A program made the position numbers and the translations under genes. Of a stretch of 49,995 nucleotides of DNA, positions 1 through 9,573 are shown one piece after another. Under the pieces are notes generated by a model. That model saw only the letters and a program-made list of their open reading frames with translations, ran no database searches and was not told where the DNA came from. The stretch covers positions 1 through 49,995 of the forward strand of contig CAWUMZ010000001.1 of the NCBI GenBank assembly GCA_963923625.1, written 5' to 3'. Every line of letters starts with the position of its first letter. Within the stretch, counting starts at the first letter, position 1. The DNA comes from an uncultured bacterium. Its GTDB lineage: Bacteria; Actinomycetota; Thermoleophilia; Gaiellales; F1-60-MAGs149.

Positions 1-46
1 AGATGTAGAGAGGTCTCGTGGGCTCGGAGATGTGTATAAGAGACAG
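1..46. other. Illumina Nextera transposase adapter (synthetic, non-genomic) at the contig end
   Basis: nt 13-46 read GTCTCGTGGGCTCGGAGATGTGTATAAGAGACAG, the Nextera Read-2 adapter including the 19-nt mosaic end. nt 1-12 (AGATGTAGAGAG) look like a degraded mosaic-end fragment. Confidence 0.9.
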
Positions 47-148
47 GTCAAGGGGCTGAGCCCCGGACCGTGGGTCGCCTCGGTCACCTCGAAGCTGAAG
101 ACCGGAGGCAGCGGCCCGACGGCCTCGAACACGGTTCCGGTCAAGTAG
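47..148 (+). CDS. 3' end of an unidentified upstream gene (partial, 33 codons plus TAG)
   Basis: The frame starting at nt 47 is open to the TAG at 146-148, and about 30 of 33 codons end in G/C. A strong hairpin follows immediately. It is not in the ORF track because it has no start. The product cannot be identified. Confidence 0.3.
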   Translation, partial: VKGLSPGPWVASVTSKLKTGGSGPTASNTVPVK

Positions 149-149
149 C

Positions 150-185
150 GCGGGTGCGCGCCGGGTCGCACCCGGCGCGCACCGC
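150..185 (+). terminator. GC-rich stem-loop (13-bp perfect stem, no T-tract), a candidate terminator for the partial upstream gene
   Basis: GGTGCGCGCCGGG (153-165), loop TCGCA, CCCGGCGCGCACC (171-183). It starts 2 nt after the TAG at 146-148. Confidence 0.45.
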
Positions 186-252
186 CTCGCTCGCTGTACG
201 CTGCCCGCATACGGGCAGATGCCTGTCCCGTCTAGCACCAGAAGGAGTCGGC

Positions 253-1910
<1,658 letters not shown>

Positions 1911-1914
<4 letters not shown>

Positions 1915-3206
1915 CCTGGCTCCTGCCCGACCTCGTCCTCGACGCCGACGGCGTCCGCCGCGACATCGCGGTCCAGATCGAGGATGGCGCGATCAGCGCC
2001 GTCGTCCCCGCCGAGGAGGCTCCGGCCGACGCGCTGCGCCTGACGCGCTCCGCGCTGCTGCCGGGCTTCGTCAACGCCCACTCGCACGCGTTCCAGCGCG
2101 ATCTGCGCGGCGCCGTCGAGCGCGTCGACCCGGCCAATCCCGACGACGATTTCTGGACGTGGCGCGAGGAGATGTACGCGCAGGCCGGCAGCATGGACCC
2201 CGACAAGATCCACGACGTCGCGCGGCGCTGCTACCGCCAGATGCGCGCGAGCGGCGCGACCAGCGTCGGCGAGTTCCACTACGTGCACCATCAGCCCGAC
2301 GGGACCTATTACGACAACCCGAACGCGCTGTCGGAGGCCGTCTGCAAGGCCGCCGAGGCGGAGGGCCTGCGCATCGTCATGCTGCTCGTGGCGTACGAGC
2401 GCGGCGGCAAGGACATCCCGCCGACGCCCGGTCAGCGCCGCTTCTGCGATCCGACCGTCGAGGCCTACCTCGAACGGCTCGAGGCAATGCGCGTGTGGGC
2501 CGAGGATCGCCCGCTCGTGACGGTCGGTGCCGCCCCGCATTCGATGCGCGCCGTCTCGCCCGAGTGGCTCACCGCCATCAGCGACTACACGCGCCGGCAC
2601 GAGATGCCGCTGCACATCCACGCCGACGAGCAGCCGCGCGAGATCCGCGAGTCGCTCGAGTGGTACGACCTGCGTCCGGTCCAGGTGATCGACAAGGCGG
2701 GCGCGCTCGACCACCGCACGGTGATCGTGCACGGCACGCACTGCGATGACGCCGAGCTCGATCTGCTCGCCGAGCGCAACGCGGGCGTGTGCGTGTGCCC
2801 GACGACAGAGGCGAATCTCGGTGACGGCTACGCGCCGGTGAAGCGGATGTTCGAGCGCGGTATCTCCGTCTCACTCGGCTCCGACTCGAACACGATCCTC
2901 GACCCGATCGTCGAGGCGCGCGAGCTCGAGGCGATGGCCCGGCGCACCGCCGGCCAGCGCAACGTCCTCGTTCGCGCGGGCGATCCCGGCCCTGCCGGCT
3001 ACCTGCTCGAGGCCTCGTGGGATGCGGGCGCTCGCGCGCTCGGCCTGCCGCTGCCGCGCATCGCCGTCGGCGCACCGGCCGACCTGATCGCACTCGATCT
3101 CGACAACGACGAGATCCTCGGCGTTGCCGACGAGCACCTGGCGGCCGCGATCATGCTGGCGGGCTCGTGCCAGCTGGTCACGCGCACGTGGGTCGCCGGC
3201 AGCTGA
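1911..3206 (+). CDS. hutF: formimidoylglutamate deiminase (amidohydrolase superfamily)
   Basis: Amidohydrolase metal-binding motif [23 protein letters not shown] start/stop overlap with hutU. The HutF assignment rests on that motif plus hutU adjacency. Confidence 0.72.
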
Positions 3207-3207
3207 C

Positions 3208-3289
3208 GTGACGCAAAGGGGCCAGACCCCTATGCGTCATCCGCGGCACTGCCGCCATGACGCATAGGGGTCTGGCCCCTTTGCGTCAC
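3208..3289. repeat. Long perfect palindrome (33-nt arms, 16-nt loop), copy 1 of a repeat family; likely a bidirectional terminator
   Basis: GTGACGCAAAGGGGCCAGACCCCTATGCGTCAT (3208-3240) is the exact reverse complement of 3257-3289. It fills the whole spacer between the convergent hutF stop (3206) and oxidoreductase stop (3291). The core recurs at 24221-24328. Confidence 0.85.
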
Positions 3290-3290
3290 C

Positions 3291-4712
3291 TCAGTGCCCG
3301 GTCAGCCAGTCGACGAACGTGCCGGCACGCGAGGTCTTCGTGCCGTGCTCCTCGTTCGCCTCGGCGATGCGCAGCAGCTTGAGCGAGCCGTTGGCGCCGA
3401 TCCAGCGAGCCGGCTCCGGCTCCCATTTTGGCGAGCGGTGGTTGACCCACGGCAGCGTCGTGATGTCGGTCTCGCGCTGGAGGATCAGGTCGGCGAGCGT
3501 GCGGCCGGCGAGGTTGGTGACGGCGACGCCGTCGCCCACGTAGCCGCCGGCCCAGCCGATGCCTGTGCGCCGATCGAGCCCGACGGACGCCTGGAAGTCG
3601 CGCGGGATGCCGAGCACGCCGCCCCAGGTATGCGTGATCCTCGCGTCGGCCGCAGCGGGGAAGAGCTTGGCGATGACGCCCTGCAGGCGGTCGTGCACGG
3701 GCAGGTCGTGGAACGACGTCTCGAGGCGGCTGCGGAAGATGTACGGGTGACCGCGCCCCCCGAGGGCGATGCGATCGTCGGCGGTCCGCTGCGCGTAGAT
3801 GAACAGGCGACGACCGTCCGACAGGACCTCTCGTCCGTTCCAGCCGATCTCATCCCACGTGGCCTGCGGCAGCGGCTCGGTCGCGACCATGCACGACGCA
3901 AACGGCATCAGGCGGCGCTTCTCGCGCTTCAGCTCGGGCGTGAAGCCCTCCGTCGCGCGGATCACGATCTCGGCGTGCACCGTGCCGCGATCCGTGAGGA
4001 TGCGACCCTGCTCGATCGCCGTGACGTTCGTCCCCTCGTAGATCCCGACGCCGCGGCGCTCCACGACGTCGGCGAGTCCGCGCGCGAGGCGCGCCGGATG
4101 CACACGGGCGGCGTGGGGGCAGTAGACGGTGCCGAGCGCGCCGGGCACGTTGGTGCGCGCCAGCGTCTCCTCGACGGACAGCAGTCGGTAGTCATCCTCG
4201 GAGTGGCCGAACGCATGGTGCGATTCGACGGCGTGCTGCGCGTGCTGCAGACCGACCGGCGTCATTGCGAGCGTCGACCAGCCGCCCTTGTGGAAGTGGG
4301 CGTCGATGCCCTCCTTCTCGAGTGCCGCGCCGATCACGTCGATGGTGTCGAAGCACGTGCGCTCGTAGCGCATGACGGCGTCGTGGCCGTGGTCCTTGAC
4401 GAATCGCGCTCGGCTGCCGGGGAGTCCGCCGTAGCACCAGCCGCCGTTGCGGCCGGACGCGCCGTACCCGGCGATGTCACGCTCGATGATGACGATGCGG
4501 AGGCTCGGGTCGAGCTCGGTGAGGTAGTACGCGGTCCAGAGTCCGGTGAAGCCCGCGCCCACGATCGCGACGTCGGCCTGCGTGTCGCCGGGCAGGGGGG
4601 CGCGCTTCGTCAGAGCGCCGGGCGCGGAGTCGTGCCAGAAGCTCGTCGCACGGTAGTGCGCGTCCTCAGCCGCGCTCGTCGCGGTCGTGCCGGTGGTCTC
4701 GGTGGTCGCCAT
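3291..4712 (-). CDS. FAD-dependent oxidoreductase (DAO family, gamma-glutamylputrescine-oxidase-like)
   Basis: Dinucleotide-binding motif DVAIVGAGFTGLWTAYYL. The ATG at 4712 (MATTETTG...) is chosen over the Arg-rich upstream extension. Confidence 0.85.
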   Translation of the reverse strand: MATTETTGTTATSAAEDAHYRATSFWHDSAPGALTKRAPLPGDTQADVAIVGAGFTGLWTAYYLTELDPSLRIVIIERDIAGYGASGRNGGWCYGGLPGSRARFVKDHGHDAVMRYERTCFDTIDVIGAALEKEGIDAHFHKGGWSTLAMTPVGLQHAQHAVESHHAFGHSEDDYRLLSVEETLARTNVPGALGTVYCPHAARVHPARLARGLADVVERRGVGIYEGTNVTAIEQGRILTDRGTVHAEIVIRATEGFTPELKREKRRLMPFASCMVATEPLPQATWDEIGWNGREVLSDGRRLFIYAQRTADDRIALGGRGHPYIFRSRLETSFHDLPVHDRLQGVIAKLFPAAADARITHTWGGVLGIPRDFQASVGLDRRTGIGWAGGYVGDGVAVTNLAGRTLADLILQRETDITTLPWVNHRSPKWEPEPARWIGANGSLKLLRIAEANEEHGTKTSRAGTFVDWLTGH

Positions 4713-4732
4713 GCGGCGAGTGTACCGCCAGT

Positions 4733-5266
4733 TCAGGCCGGCCGGTCGACGGCGTCGAGCACGACCGGATCGACGAGCCCGAGGCGGAAGGCGCGGCTGA
4801 CGGCTTCCGCCCGCGTCGTGCACCCCAGTCGGCGATAGACGCCGCGCAGGTGATTCTCGACCGTCGTCTCGGCGATCCACAGCCGGCGGCCGATCTCCCG
4901 CGAGGTGAGGCCGAGGCAGAGCAGGTTGAGGATCTCGAGCTGCCTCGCCGTCAGCTCGACGCCGGTCGGGCGCTCGTCGTCGAGCGACAGCAGGAGCGCG
5001 ACGGCGCCCGCTCCCTGCGGGCGCGCATCGAGCAGCATCGGCTGGCCGTCGACGACCACGCGGCGGCGGATGGCGTGTCCGCCGATCGCCTCGCGCAGCG
5101 GCTCGGTGAGCTCGGGGTGACGCAGCCCGAGGTCGCTGCCCTCGACGATCGCGAGATCGTCCACGAGCGATGCGCCGCCCGTGGCTTCGACGACGGTCAG
5201 CGAGCCGTCGACGACGAACGCGATCGCCTGCAGCTGGTCGAGGGGCGTGGGGAGGAGCGTCGGCAT
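4733..5266 (-). CDS. LuxR-family transcriptional regulator (about 100-aa N-terminal domain plus C-terminal HTH)
   Basis: C-terminal LuxR/GerE HTH: LTARQLEILNLLCLGLTSREIGRRLWIAETTVENHLRGVYRRLG. The ATG at 5266 (MPTLLPTPL...) is chosen; the rest of the 394-aa track ORF is Arg-rich junk. Confidence 0.8.
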   Translation of the reverse strand: MPTLLPTPLDQLQAIAFVVDGSLTVVEATGGASLVDDLAIVEGSDLGLRHPELTEPLREAIGGHAIRRRVVVDGQPMLLDARPQGAGAVALLLSLDDERPTGVELTARQLEILNLLCLGLTSREIGRRLWIAETTVENHLRGVYRRLGCTTRAEAVSRAFRLGLVDPVVLDAVDRPA

Positions 5267-5307
5267 GGGAGCGGTGACGGCGAGCCGTGCTCGCCGCTGC
5301 CCTCTCC

Positions 5308-5964
5308 CTATCGCCCGGCGGTGTCGCTCGGCCGAGCCGGCGGGCGGATGTCGAGCGCGATCGATCCGTCCTCGAGCGCGAAGGCGTTCCACTCGCGCCA
5401 GCGCGGCGCGAGCTCCGCCAGCGAGTCGCCGCGTTCGTCGAGGCGCACGGCGGGGACGCCGCCGGGCTCGACGAGGTACCGATACCACGAGAGATCCCAC
5501 GCGATCGTGATCGCCGCGCCGGGACGGCGCCCGCCGAAGGCGACGACGCTGACGCGGCACTTGCCGAGGCTCTTCGAGATGCCCGAGACGGTCCCGCGGT
5601 ACGGGCTCTCGTTGAAGGTCTCGACGCTGATCAGCATCGTCGTCGCGCGCGCAAGTTCGTCGCCGGTGCCGAGGCCGTTCGGCGCGCGGATGGGGTCGAG
5701 CGGGTCGAGCTCGGGCGCCGCCCTGCGTCGACGGAGCCGCGTCAGCACGCTCTCCCGCTGGGCGTGGACCGGGGGCGGTGCGGGACGCCCCTCTTCGACC
5801 CAGCCGTCGCCGCGGGCCTCGGCGGCGCAGAGGCGGCAGACGGTGCGCGACCGGCCGTTGTGCGAGAAGCGCAGGGGCTCCTCGCCGAGCAGGATGGTGC
5901 GCTCGCAGATCGCGCACGCCAGCAGGCGGTCAGTGCTCGTCAATCGCTCGTGCGTCGCGGCCAT
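5308..5964 (-). CDS. hypothetical protein with an N-terminal CxxC...CxxC zinc ribbon
   Basis: MAATHERLTSTDRLLACAICERTILLGEEPLRFSHNGRSRTVCRLCAAE..., strong GC3 bias in this frame, ATG at 5964. I recognise no family. Confidence 0.65.
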   Translation of the reverse strand: MAATHERLTSTDRLLACAICERTILLGEEPLRFSHNGRSRTVCRLCAAEARGDGWVEEGRPAPPPVHAQRESVLTRLRRRRAAPELDPLDPIRAPNGLGTGDELARATTMLISVETFNESPYRGTVSGISKSLGKCRVSVVAFGGRRPGAAITIAWDLSWYRYLVEPGGVPAVRLDERGDSLAELAPRWREWNAFALEDGSIALDIRPPARPSDTAGR

Positions 5965-5993
5965 GGGGGCGGAAGCATACGGCGGCTGCGGTG

Positions 5994-6887
5994 TCAACGG
6001 TCGGACTGGCCGTCGCCGCGCGGATGCGCCTGGGCATGGGCACGGCGAAGGTGCGGGAGGCCGAGGTGCGTATAGACCTCGGTCGTGGCGAGCGAGGCGT
6101 GGCCGAGCAGCTCCTGGATCGCGCGCAGATCGCCGCCGCCCTCGAGCATGTGCGTCGCGTAGGCGTGGCGGAGCGCGTGTGGGCCGTGCGACTCGAGCCC
6201 CACCGCCTGCAGGCGCCGCGACAGCGCCCGCCGGACGGCGCTCGTGTCCATGCGGTTCCCGCGGGTCGACAGGAGCAGCGCGCGTGGCGAGTCGGCGGTG
6301 GTCAGCTCCGGCCGCCCGCGCACCACCCACGCGCTGATCGCCGCCGCCGCCGGGTCGCCGATCGGAACGAGCCGCGTCTTGCCGCCCTTGCCCGTCACGC
6401 GCAGCGTCCGTCCCTCGAGGTGGTCGATGTCGAGGGCACAGGCCTCCGCTGCGCGTAGGCCGGCGCCGTAGAGGAGCTCCAGCAGCGCGCGGTCGCGCAG
6501 GCCCGTCGGCGTCTCGGGCCAGGCGACGTCGAGCATACGAGCCGTGTCGCGCTCAGGCGGTACGACGGGGAGGCGCCGCTGGCGCTTGGGGCCGGGGATC
6601 TCAGCGGCGGGATCCTCGCCGCCGCCGCCCGCGAGGCGGCGGTGGAACCCGCGTACCGACGACAGTCGGCGCGCCCTCGTCGTCGCGGCGAGCTCGCGAG
6701 CCGCGAGATCGGCGGCGTAGGCGCGCACGTCGGCCCGGCTTGCGTGCGCGGGATCCGAACCGCGAGCAGCGAGCCACGCGGCGTAGTCGCGCAGGTCCGC
6801 GCGGTACGCGCGCAGCGTCTGCGGGCTCGCGCCGCGCGCGCTCAACGCAGCCAGGTGCTGCTCGATCGGATCGGCAACGGCGGTCAC
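5994..6887 (-). CDS. tyrosine recombinase, XerC/XerD family
   Basis: N-terminal SAM-like domain (TLRAYRADLRDYAAWL) and catalytic-domain motifs (HALRHAYATHMLEGGGDLRAIQELLGHASLATTEVYTHL). GTG start at 6887. Confidence 0.9.
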   Translation of the reverse strand: MTAVADPIEQHLAALSARGASPQTLRAYRADLRDYAAWLAARGSDPAHASRADVRAYAADLAARELAATTRARRLSSVRGFHRRLAGGGGEDPAAEIPGPKRQRRLPVVPPERDTARMLDVAWPETPTGLRDRALLELLYGAGLRAAEACALDIDHLEGRTLRVTGKGGKTRLVPIGDPAAAAISAWVVRGRPELTTADSPRALLLSTRGNRMDTSAVRRALSRRLQAVGLESHGPHALRHAYATHMLEGGGDLRAIQELLGHASLATTEVYTHLGLPHLRRAHAQAHPRGDGQSDR

Positions 6888-6923
6888 GACACTCCGTTCG
6901 CCATGCTCCGCCCGTCTCTTGCC

Positions 6924-7085
6924 TCAGCGGGAGCGGCGACGGAGGCCGCCGGCCGCCATCGTTCCCATCCAGACGGCGAGCACGAGGGCCCCGATCGCGG
7001 GGATGCGCTGCCCGCCGTTCCAGGCTGCCCACGCGATCACGAGCAGCCCCACGGCGAGGACCGCGAAGAGGAGACGCGTTGCCAT
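6924..7085 (-). CDS. small two-TM membrane protein (53 aa), hypothetical
   Basis: MATRLLFAVLAVGLLVIAWAAWNGGQRIPAIGALVLAVWMGTMAAGGLRRRSR. It has high GC3 and lies 36 nt upstream of the recombinase gene on the same strand. Confidence 0.45.
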   Translation of the reverse strand: MATRLLFAVLAVGLLVIAWAAWNGGQRIPAIGALVLAVWMGTMAAGGLRRRSR

Positions 7086-7157
7086 GACGGCACGGTCGCA
7101 TGTGTGCCCGCTCCCGTCCAGCGGCATGCCCGGGTCAAGGCGCATACAGTTCGATGC

Positions 7158-8315
7158 GTGAAGAGCGCCCGACTCCCGCTGCTCTTGGCGCTCATCGTCG
7201 CCCTGCTCGTGGCCGCGCTGCCCGCGCACGCGGCGCAGCGCACCACGCGCGTGGTGGGTGGGCAGCCTGCGGCGATGACCGACATGCCCTGGGTGGTGTA
7301 CCTGGAGGCCACCGTCAGCAGCTCGAACTCGTGGTCGTGCGGCGGCACGATCGTCGGCGTCCACTTCGTGCTGACGGCGGCGCATTGCGTCGTCGACAAG
7401 GGGCAGGCGATCAAGGCGAGTCAGATCAGCGGCGTGGCGGGGCGCGGTGACCTGCGCGGCACGGATGGCACGACGTTCGACGTCATCCGCATCGCCGTCA
7501 GTCCGACGTACAACCGGACGCGTGCCACGGAGGGCGGTCCGGGTGACGCGGCGCTGCTGTGGACGAGCGTGGACCTGCCGTACACGGCCCTGCCTCTTGC
7601 GACCACCAATGACGCAGCGTCATACGCGGCCGGCTCGATCGCGCGCATCGCGGGGTGGGGCCTCACGTCGACGTCGGGTGCCTCGAGCGACGTCCTGATG
7701 TCCGCGAACGTGCCGATCGTCTCCGATTCGGAGTGCGCGGCCGACGATCAGGTCTCCATGGCGGAGGCGCAGTCGATGGTGTGCGCCGGGTTCGCCGCGG
7801 GCGGCGTCGACACCTGTCAGGGCGACAGCGGCGGCCCGCTCACGGTGCCGAATGCGGCCGGTGCGACGATCCTCGCGGGCGTCGTCTCGTGGGGCTACGA
7901 GTGCGCAGCCGCCAGCCGGCCGGGACTCTACACCCGGGTGGCGACGCTGGTGCCGTGGCTGGCACCGCTCCTCACGGGTGACGAGGCCGCGTGGAGCGCC
8001 GCCTCGGACCAGCAGGCCCCGCGCGTGCGCCTGTCGCGAGCGCGGATGGATGCCAAGTCGTACGCGCGCTTCACGTACCGCATCCTCGGCGAAGCCGGAC
8101 CGACCCGCGAGACGATCACCATCCGTCGAACGCGCGGCGGCACGGTGCTCAAGCGCATCGCGACGAAGGCGGCGGTCAATCCGCCCGGGCAGAGCTCGTA
8201 CGTCTCCTGGCGCGTGCCCAACTCGCTGCCGTACGGCACGTACCTGTGGTGCCTGACTTCCAAGGACGCCTACGGCAACGCGTCGCCGATGCAGTGCGCG
8301 CCCCTCGTCGTCTGA
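7158..8315 (+). CDS. secreted trypsin-like serine protease (S1 family) with a C-terminal extension of about 120 aa
   Basis: Signal peptide KSARLPLLLALIVALLVAALPAHAAQ, then RVVGG..., LTAAHC (His) and DTCQGDSGGPL (Ser). The GTG at 7158 is the only in-frame start before the signal peptide. Confidence 0.85.
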   Translation: MKSARLPLLLALIVALLVAALPAHAAQRTTRVVGGQPAAMTDMPWVVYLEATVSSSNSWSCGGTIVGVHFVLTAAHCVVDKGQAIKASQISGVAGRGDLRGTDGTTFDVIRIAVSPTYNRTRATEGGPGDAALLWTSVDLPYTALPLATTNDAASYAAGSIARIAGWGLTSTSGASSDVLMSANVPIVSDSECAADDQVSMAEAQSMVCAGFAAGGVDTCQGDSGGPLTVPNAAGATILAGVVSWGYECAAASRPGLYTRVATLVPWLAPLLTGDEAAWSAASDQQAPRVRLSRARMDAKSYARFTYRILGEAGPTRETITIRRTRGGTVLKRIATKAAVNPPGQSSYVSWRVPNSLPYGTYLWCLTSKDAYGNASPMQCAPLVV

Positions 8316-8357
8316 CGCGGGATTGGCGTGGATTCGGCCGCGTGGTAGGTTGCCGCC

Positions 8358-9107
8358 ATGGCTTCCCACACCGTTGACCCCACGCTGCTCGCGCAAGGGC
8401 GCGAGGACCTCGCAGCGCTCCTGCGCATCTCCGCCGTGCACGGCTACAACGAGGGGATCGACAACCACTACTCGCTGGCGCTCGACGGGCACGATGATCT
8501 CTTCCTGCTCAACCGCTACGGCCCGCACTGGTCGGAGATGGTGCCGAGAGACATCCTGCTCGTCGACCTCGACGGCAACGTCGTCGACGGCGCCGGTGAC
8601 GGGCAGATCACCGCGCTGCAGATCCATCGGCAGATCCACCGTGCGCGACCGGACGCGCGTGTCGTCATGCACACGCACATGCCGTACGCCTCGGCGATCG
8701 CCTCGACGAAGACCGGCTTCGTCACGCGCCTCACGCAGAATTCGATGAGCTTCCACAACAGCGTTGCCACGCTCGACTACGGCGGGCAGGTGCAAGGCGA
8801 CGGCGAGGGCGCTCGGCTTGCGAACGCCGTTGCCGAGGGCGCCAACGCGATCTTCCTCCAGAACCACGGCGTCATCCTCGTCGGTGCGACGGCGGCCGAG
8901 GCGTGGCTGCGCACGTACTTCCTCGAGCGCGCCTGCGAGGTGCAGGTGCTCGCGCAGTCGACGGGTCAGGAGCTCGTGCTGGCCCCGGAGGACGTCGCCG
9001 CGCACACCGCGCAGCAATGGGCCGACGCGTGTCCGTACGAGGGGCCGCTTCTGTTCGACGCGATGAAGCGCCTGCTTGATCGCGATCAGCCCGGCTGGCG
9101 GGGCTAG
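8358..9107 (+). CDS. class II aldolase/adducin-domain protein
   Basis: Overall resemblance to class II aldolase/adducin N-terminal domain proteins (..RVVMHTHMPYASAIAS.., ..FLQNHGVILVG..). ATG at 8358. Confidence 0.75.
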   Translation: MASHTVDPTLLAQGREDLAALLRISAVHGYNEGIDNHYSLALDGHDDLFLLNRYGPHWSEMVPRDILLVDLDGNVVDGAGDGQITALQIHRQIHRARPDARVVMHTHMPYASAIASTKTGFVTRLTQNSMSFHNSVATLDYGGQVQGDGEGARLANAVAEGANAIFLQNHGVILVGATAAEAWLRTYFLERACEVQVLAQSTGQELVLAPEDVAAHTAQQWADACPYEGPLLFDAMKRLLDRDQPGWRG

Positions 9108-9111
9108 CGTC

Positions 9112-9573
9112 GTGGTCGGCGATACCGACCCCAAGCACACCTCCCTGTCCGGGCTCGAGCTGTTCCAGCAGCTCAAGGACGGGGAGATCACGCCGAGCCC
9201 GTGGGCCGTCCTCGCGGACCTTCACGTGCAGGACCTCGGCGAGGGACGCGCCGTACTGGGTGCCACGCCCGATGAGCGGCACCTGAACCAGATCGGCCTC
9301 GTCCACGGCGGCTGGGTGACGACGCTGATGGATTCGGCGCTCGGCGGGGCGGCGCACACGCTGCTGCCCGCGGGCCGGCGCGCCGTGACGATCGAGATCA
9401 AGGTCAACCTGACGCGGCCCGTCATCCCGGGCACGCCGATCACGGCGACGGGCGAGGTGCAGCATCACGGTCGCCGCACGATCGTCGCCGAGGGCAAGAT
9501 GCGCGACGACCAGGACCGCATCCTGGCGATCGCACTCGCCACCTTCGCTGTCGTCGAGGTGCCGACGGAGTGA
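9112..9573 (+). CDS. PaaI-family (hotdog-fold) thioesterase
   Basis: NQIGLVHGGWVTTLMDSALGGAAHTLLP...VTIEIKVNLTRPV. The start is uncertain: GTG at 9112 or TTG at 9076, and the latter would overlap the aldolase gene. Confidence 0.78.
   Translation: MVGDTDPKHTSLSGLELFQQLKDGEITPSPWAVLADLHVQDLGEGRAVLGATPDERHLNQIGLVHGGWVTTLMDSALGGAAHTLLPAGRRAVTIEIKVNLTRPVIPGTPITATGEVQHHGRRTIVAEGKMRDDQDRILAIALATFAVVEVPTE

Noticed and set aside
70-252. N-terminal extensions of track ORFs: hutU from nt 70, oxidoreductase to 4880, LuxR to 5917, zinc-ribbon ORF to 6330, protease from 6642, aceB to 12076, decarboxylase to 14316, nusA from 14987, ilvD to 22362, permease to 27767, ndk from 35542
   Set aside because: The extensions are Arg/Pro/Gly-rich, often overlap the neighbouring gene, and lack SD sequences. 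Internal ATG or GTG starts with SD-like motifs, or stop-start overlaps, give proteins of canonical length.
3208-3289. The palindromic repeats as a MITE or IS remnant, or as a CRISPR-like array
   Set aside because: There is no transposase, no target-site duplication that I can identify, and only single inverted copies rather than direct repeats with spacers. I report them as a REP-like family instead.
5994-6887. The tyrosine recombinase as the integrase of a prophage or integrative element
   Set aside because: The sequence and length fit chromosomal XerC/XerD. There is no adjacent tRNA, no flanking direct repeats, no phage or conjugation genes and no compositional shift that I could see nearby.
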